Below are positions 37,893 through 39,373 of a stretch of DNA of 39,373 bases, one piece after another; within the stretch, counting starts at the first letter, position 1; each line of letters starts with the position of its first letter. The notes under the pieces were generated by a model that did not search any database, was not told where the DNA came from, and was given only the letters and a program-made list of their open reading frames with translations. Source of the stretch: a virus (Duplodnaviria; Caudoviricetes). The position numbers and the translations under genes were made by a program. The DNA is taken from positions 1-39,373 of the IMG/VR virus record IMGVR_UViG_3300008267_000209, one strand, 5' to 3'.

Positions 37893-37910
37893 CGGTTTTT
37901 AGATATTTAT
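37893..37910 (+). promoter_or_regulatory. CGGTTTTTAG plus ATATTTAT putative promoter of the sheath gene
   Basis: CGGTTTTTAG 37893-37902 (also at 5418-5427); motif 37903-37910. Confidence 0.55.
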
Positions 37911-37953
37911 TAGTAGGTCAATCCTATTAAATTTTCAAAAACAATAATATAAA

Positions 37954-39373
37954 ATGGCAGAAAAAATTTTATCTCCTGGCGTATTCCAAAATGAATCTGA
38001 CCAATCGTTAGTTCAAAGAGGTATCGTTGGTACGGCAACCGCTATTGTTGGTCCTACAGTGTTAGGTCAACCATTAGTTCCTACCTATGTAACTTCTTAC
38101 AGTGAATTCGTAGCTAAATTCGGAGAAACATTTAAAAGTGGTAGTTACTACTACGAATATCTTACATCTTTAGCCGCTAAAGATTATTTCAACAATGGTG
38201 GACAAACACTATTAGTTACTAGAATTATCAGTGGTAGTGCTAATGTTAGTACTTATGCAAGTTCTACTGTACCTTCTATAGCTGCTAGTACTTCATTTGA
38301 TCTTGAAACTATAGCTTGGGGTGATATTATGAATAACACTTCTAGTATGGTTAGTGGTGCTTTAGCAAGTGGAAGTGCAGTTAATGTTCGTTGGGAAATT
38401 ACAAATGTAAACACAGGAAGTGGTACATTCAATTTAGCTATTCGCTTAGGTAACGATAATAACGCTCAAAAGAATTATATTGAAACTTGGCCTAATCTTA
38501 CATTAGACCCAGCTTTACCAAACTATATATCTCGTGTAATTGGTGATATTAAACCAGTTTATCGTTTAGATAGTGATGGTTCTCCATATATTGATTATAC
38601 TGGTTCTTATGCTAATGCTTCTCAATATGTTCGTGTTAAATCTGTAACAGGAATCCAGCCAGATTCTATCGATAATAATGGTAATTACAAAGCTACTCAA
38701 TACAGTGGATCTTTACCAGCATTAGGAAGTGGATCATATGGTGGTTCATTTGCTGGTGGTGTTGCTGCAACATCAGCTGCTCAATTAATGAACGAAAACA
38801 TCACAACAACAAACGTTCAAGGATTTGCTGCTGCTGATTATACAACAGCATTCAATTTATTAGCAAATAAAGATGAATACCGTTTTAACGTATTATTAGC
38901 TCCTGGTGTAGGATTAGATAATGCTGCTTCTGCAACTATGATTTCTACTTGCGAAGGTAGAGGTGATGCAATTGCAGTAGTAGATACTAAAGTATATGGT
39001 GCCGTAGTATCAAGCGCAGCTAATGCTGCTGCTGGTCAATCAAGCAACTATGCTGCTACCTATTGGCCTTGGATTCAAGTATATTCAAGCGCACTTGGTA
39101 AAGCAGTTTGGTCTCCAGCATCAACAGTAATTGGTGGTGTTTATGCTTTCAATGATCAAGTAGGTGCTGAATGGTTTGCTCCTGCAGGTTTAAATCGTGG
39201 TGGTGTTCCTTCAGTATTACGTGCTGAAAGAAAATTAACTCAAAATGATCGTGATACATTATATAACTCAAATGTTAACCCATTAGCTACATTCCCTGGA
39301 GAAGGTGTTGTAGTATTTGGTCAGAAAACATTACAACGTAAAGCAACAGCTTTAGATAGAGTAAATGTTCGTC
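37954..39373 (+). CDS. gp18: Contractile tail sheath protein, T4 gp18-like (3' partial; not in ORF track)
   Basis: Open frame from ATG 37954 to window end: MAEKILSPGVF, AIVGPT..G, YFNNGG..LLVTRI, ATYWPW, WFAPAGLNRG, LYNSNVNPLATFPGEGVVVFGQKTLQ..ALDRVNVR. Confidence 0.95.
   Translation, partial: MAEKILSPGVFQNESDQSLVQRGIVGTATAIVGPTVLGQPLVPTYVTSYSEFVAKFGETFKSGSYYYEYLTSLAAKDYFNNGGQTLLVTRIISGSANVSTYASSTVPSIAASTSFDLETIAWGDIMNNTSSMVSGALASGSAVNVRWEITNVNTGSGTFNLAIRLGNDNNAQKNYIETWPNLTLDPALPNYISRVIGDIKPVYRLDSDGSPYIDYTGSYANASQYVRVKSVTGIQPDSIDNNGNYKATQYSGSLPALGSGSYGGSFAGGVAATSAAQLMNENITTTNVQGFAAADYTTAFNLLANKDEYRFNVLLAPGVGLDNAASATMISTCEGRGDAIAVVDTKVYGAVVSSAANAAAGQSSNYAATYWPWIQVYSSALGKAVWSPASTVIGGVYAFNDQVGAEWFAPAGLNRGGVPSVLRAERKLTQNDRDTLYNSNVNPLATFPGEGVVVFGQKTLQRKATALDRVNVR

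Noticed and set aside
50-39373. Stop-codon reassignment as seen in some large phages
   Set aside because: Long genes are open under the standard code; the few TAGs (2827, 9055, 28106) fall at expected gene ends.
1-39373. tRNA/rRNA genes, introns, inteins, homing endonucleases, transposases
   Set aside because: Intergenic gaps are short and none of the characteristic motifs were seen.

Overview
AT-rich, entirely plus-strand virion-morphogenesis region of a large T4-like (myovirus-type) phage, translated with the standard code. The host is probably Bacteroidota (inferred, not shown). Gene order: portal (gp20-like), internal-head/hypothetical genes, prohead protease (gp21-like), acidic scaffold, major capsid protein (gp23-like), PhoH, neck/head-completion/tail-completion genes (gp13/14/15-like), a ~23 kb fibre/adhesin island, four small genes, and a tail sheath (gp18-like) that runs off the right edge. 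The island holds four Ser/Ala/Thr-repeat stalk genes, each followed by LamG-like and/or glycine-rich tip genes. Main observations: (i) an [S/T]-[G/A]-S tripeptide saturates fibres and surface insertions of capsid, neck and sheath but is absent from portal, protease, scaffold and PhoH, a candidate virion-wide modification sequon; (ii) a covarying 7-bp hairpin with a conserved GGARARTGAA loop lies in front of two paralogous fibre genes; (iii) the fibre island has a repeated stalk-plus-tips cassette layout with a nucleotide-conserved 15-mer at LamG gene ends; (iv) an intergenic ATATTTAT promoter-like motif occurs in 10 exact copies; (v) three apparent deletions fall in the head module, two of them inside the MCP, and are most likely assembly errors. 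Family assignments come from motif recognition by eye, not database searches.
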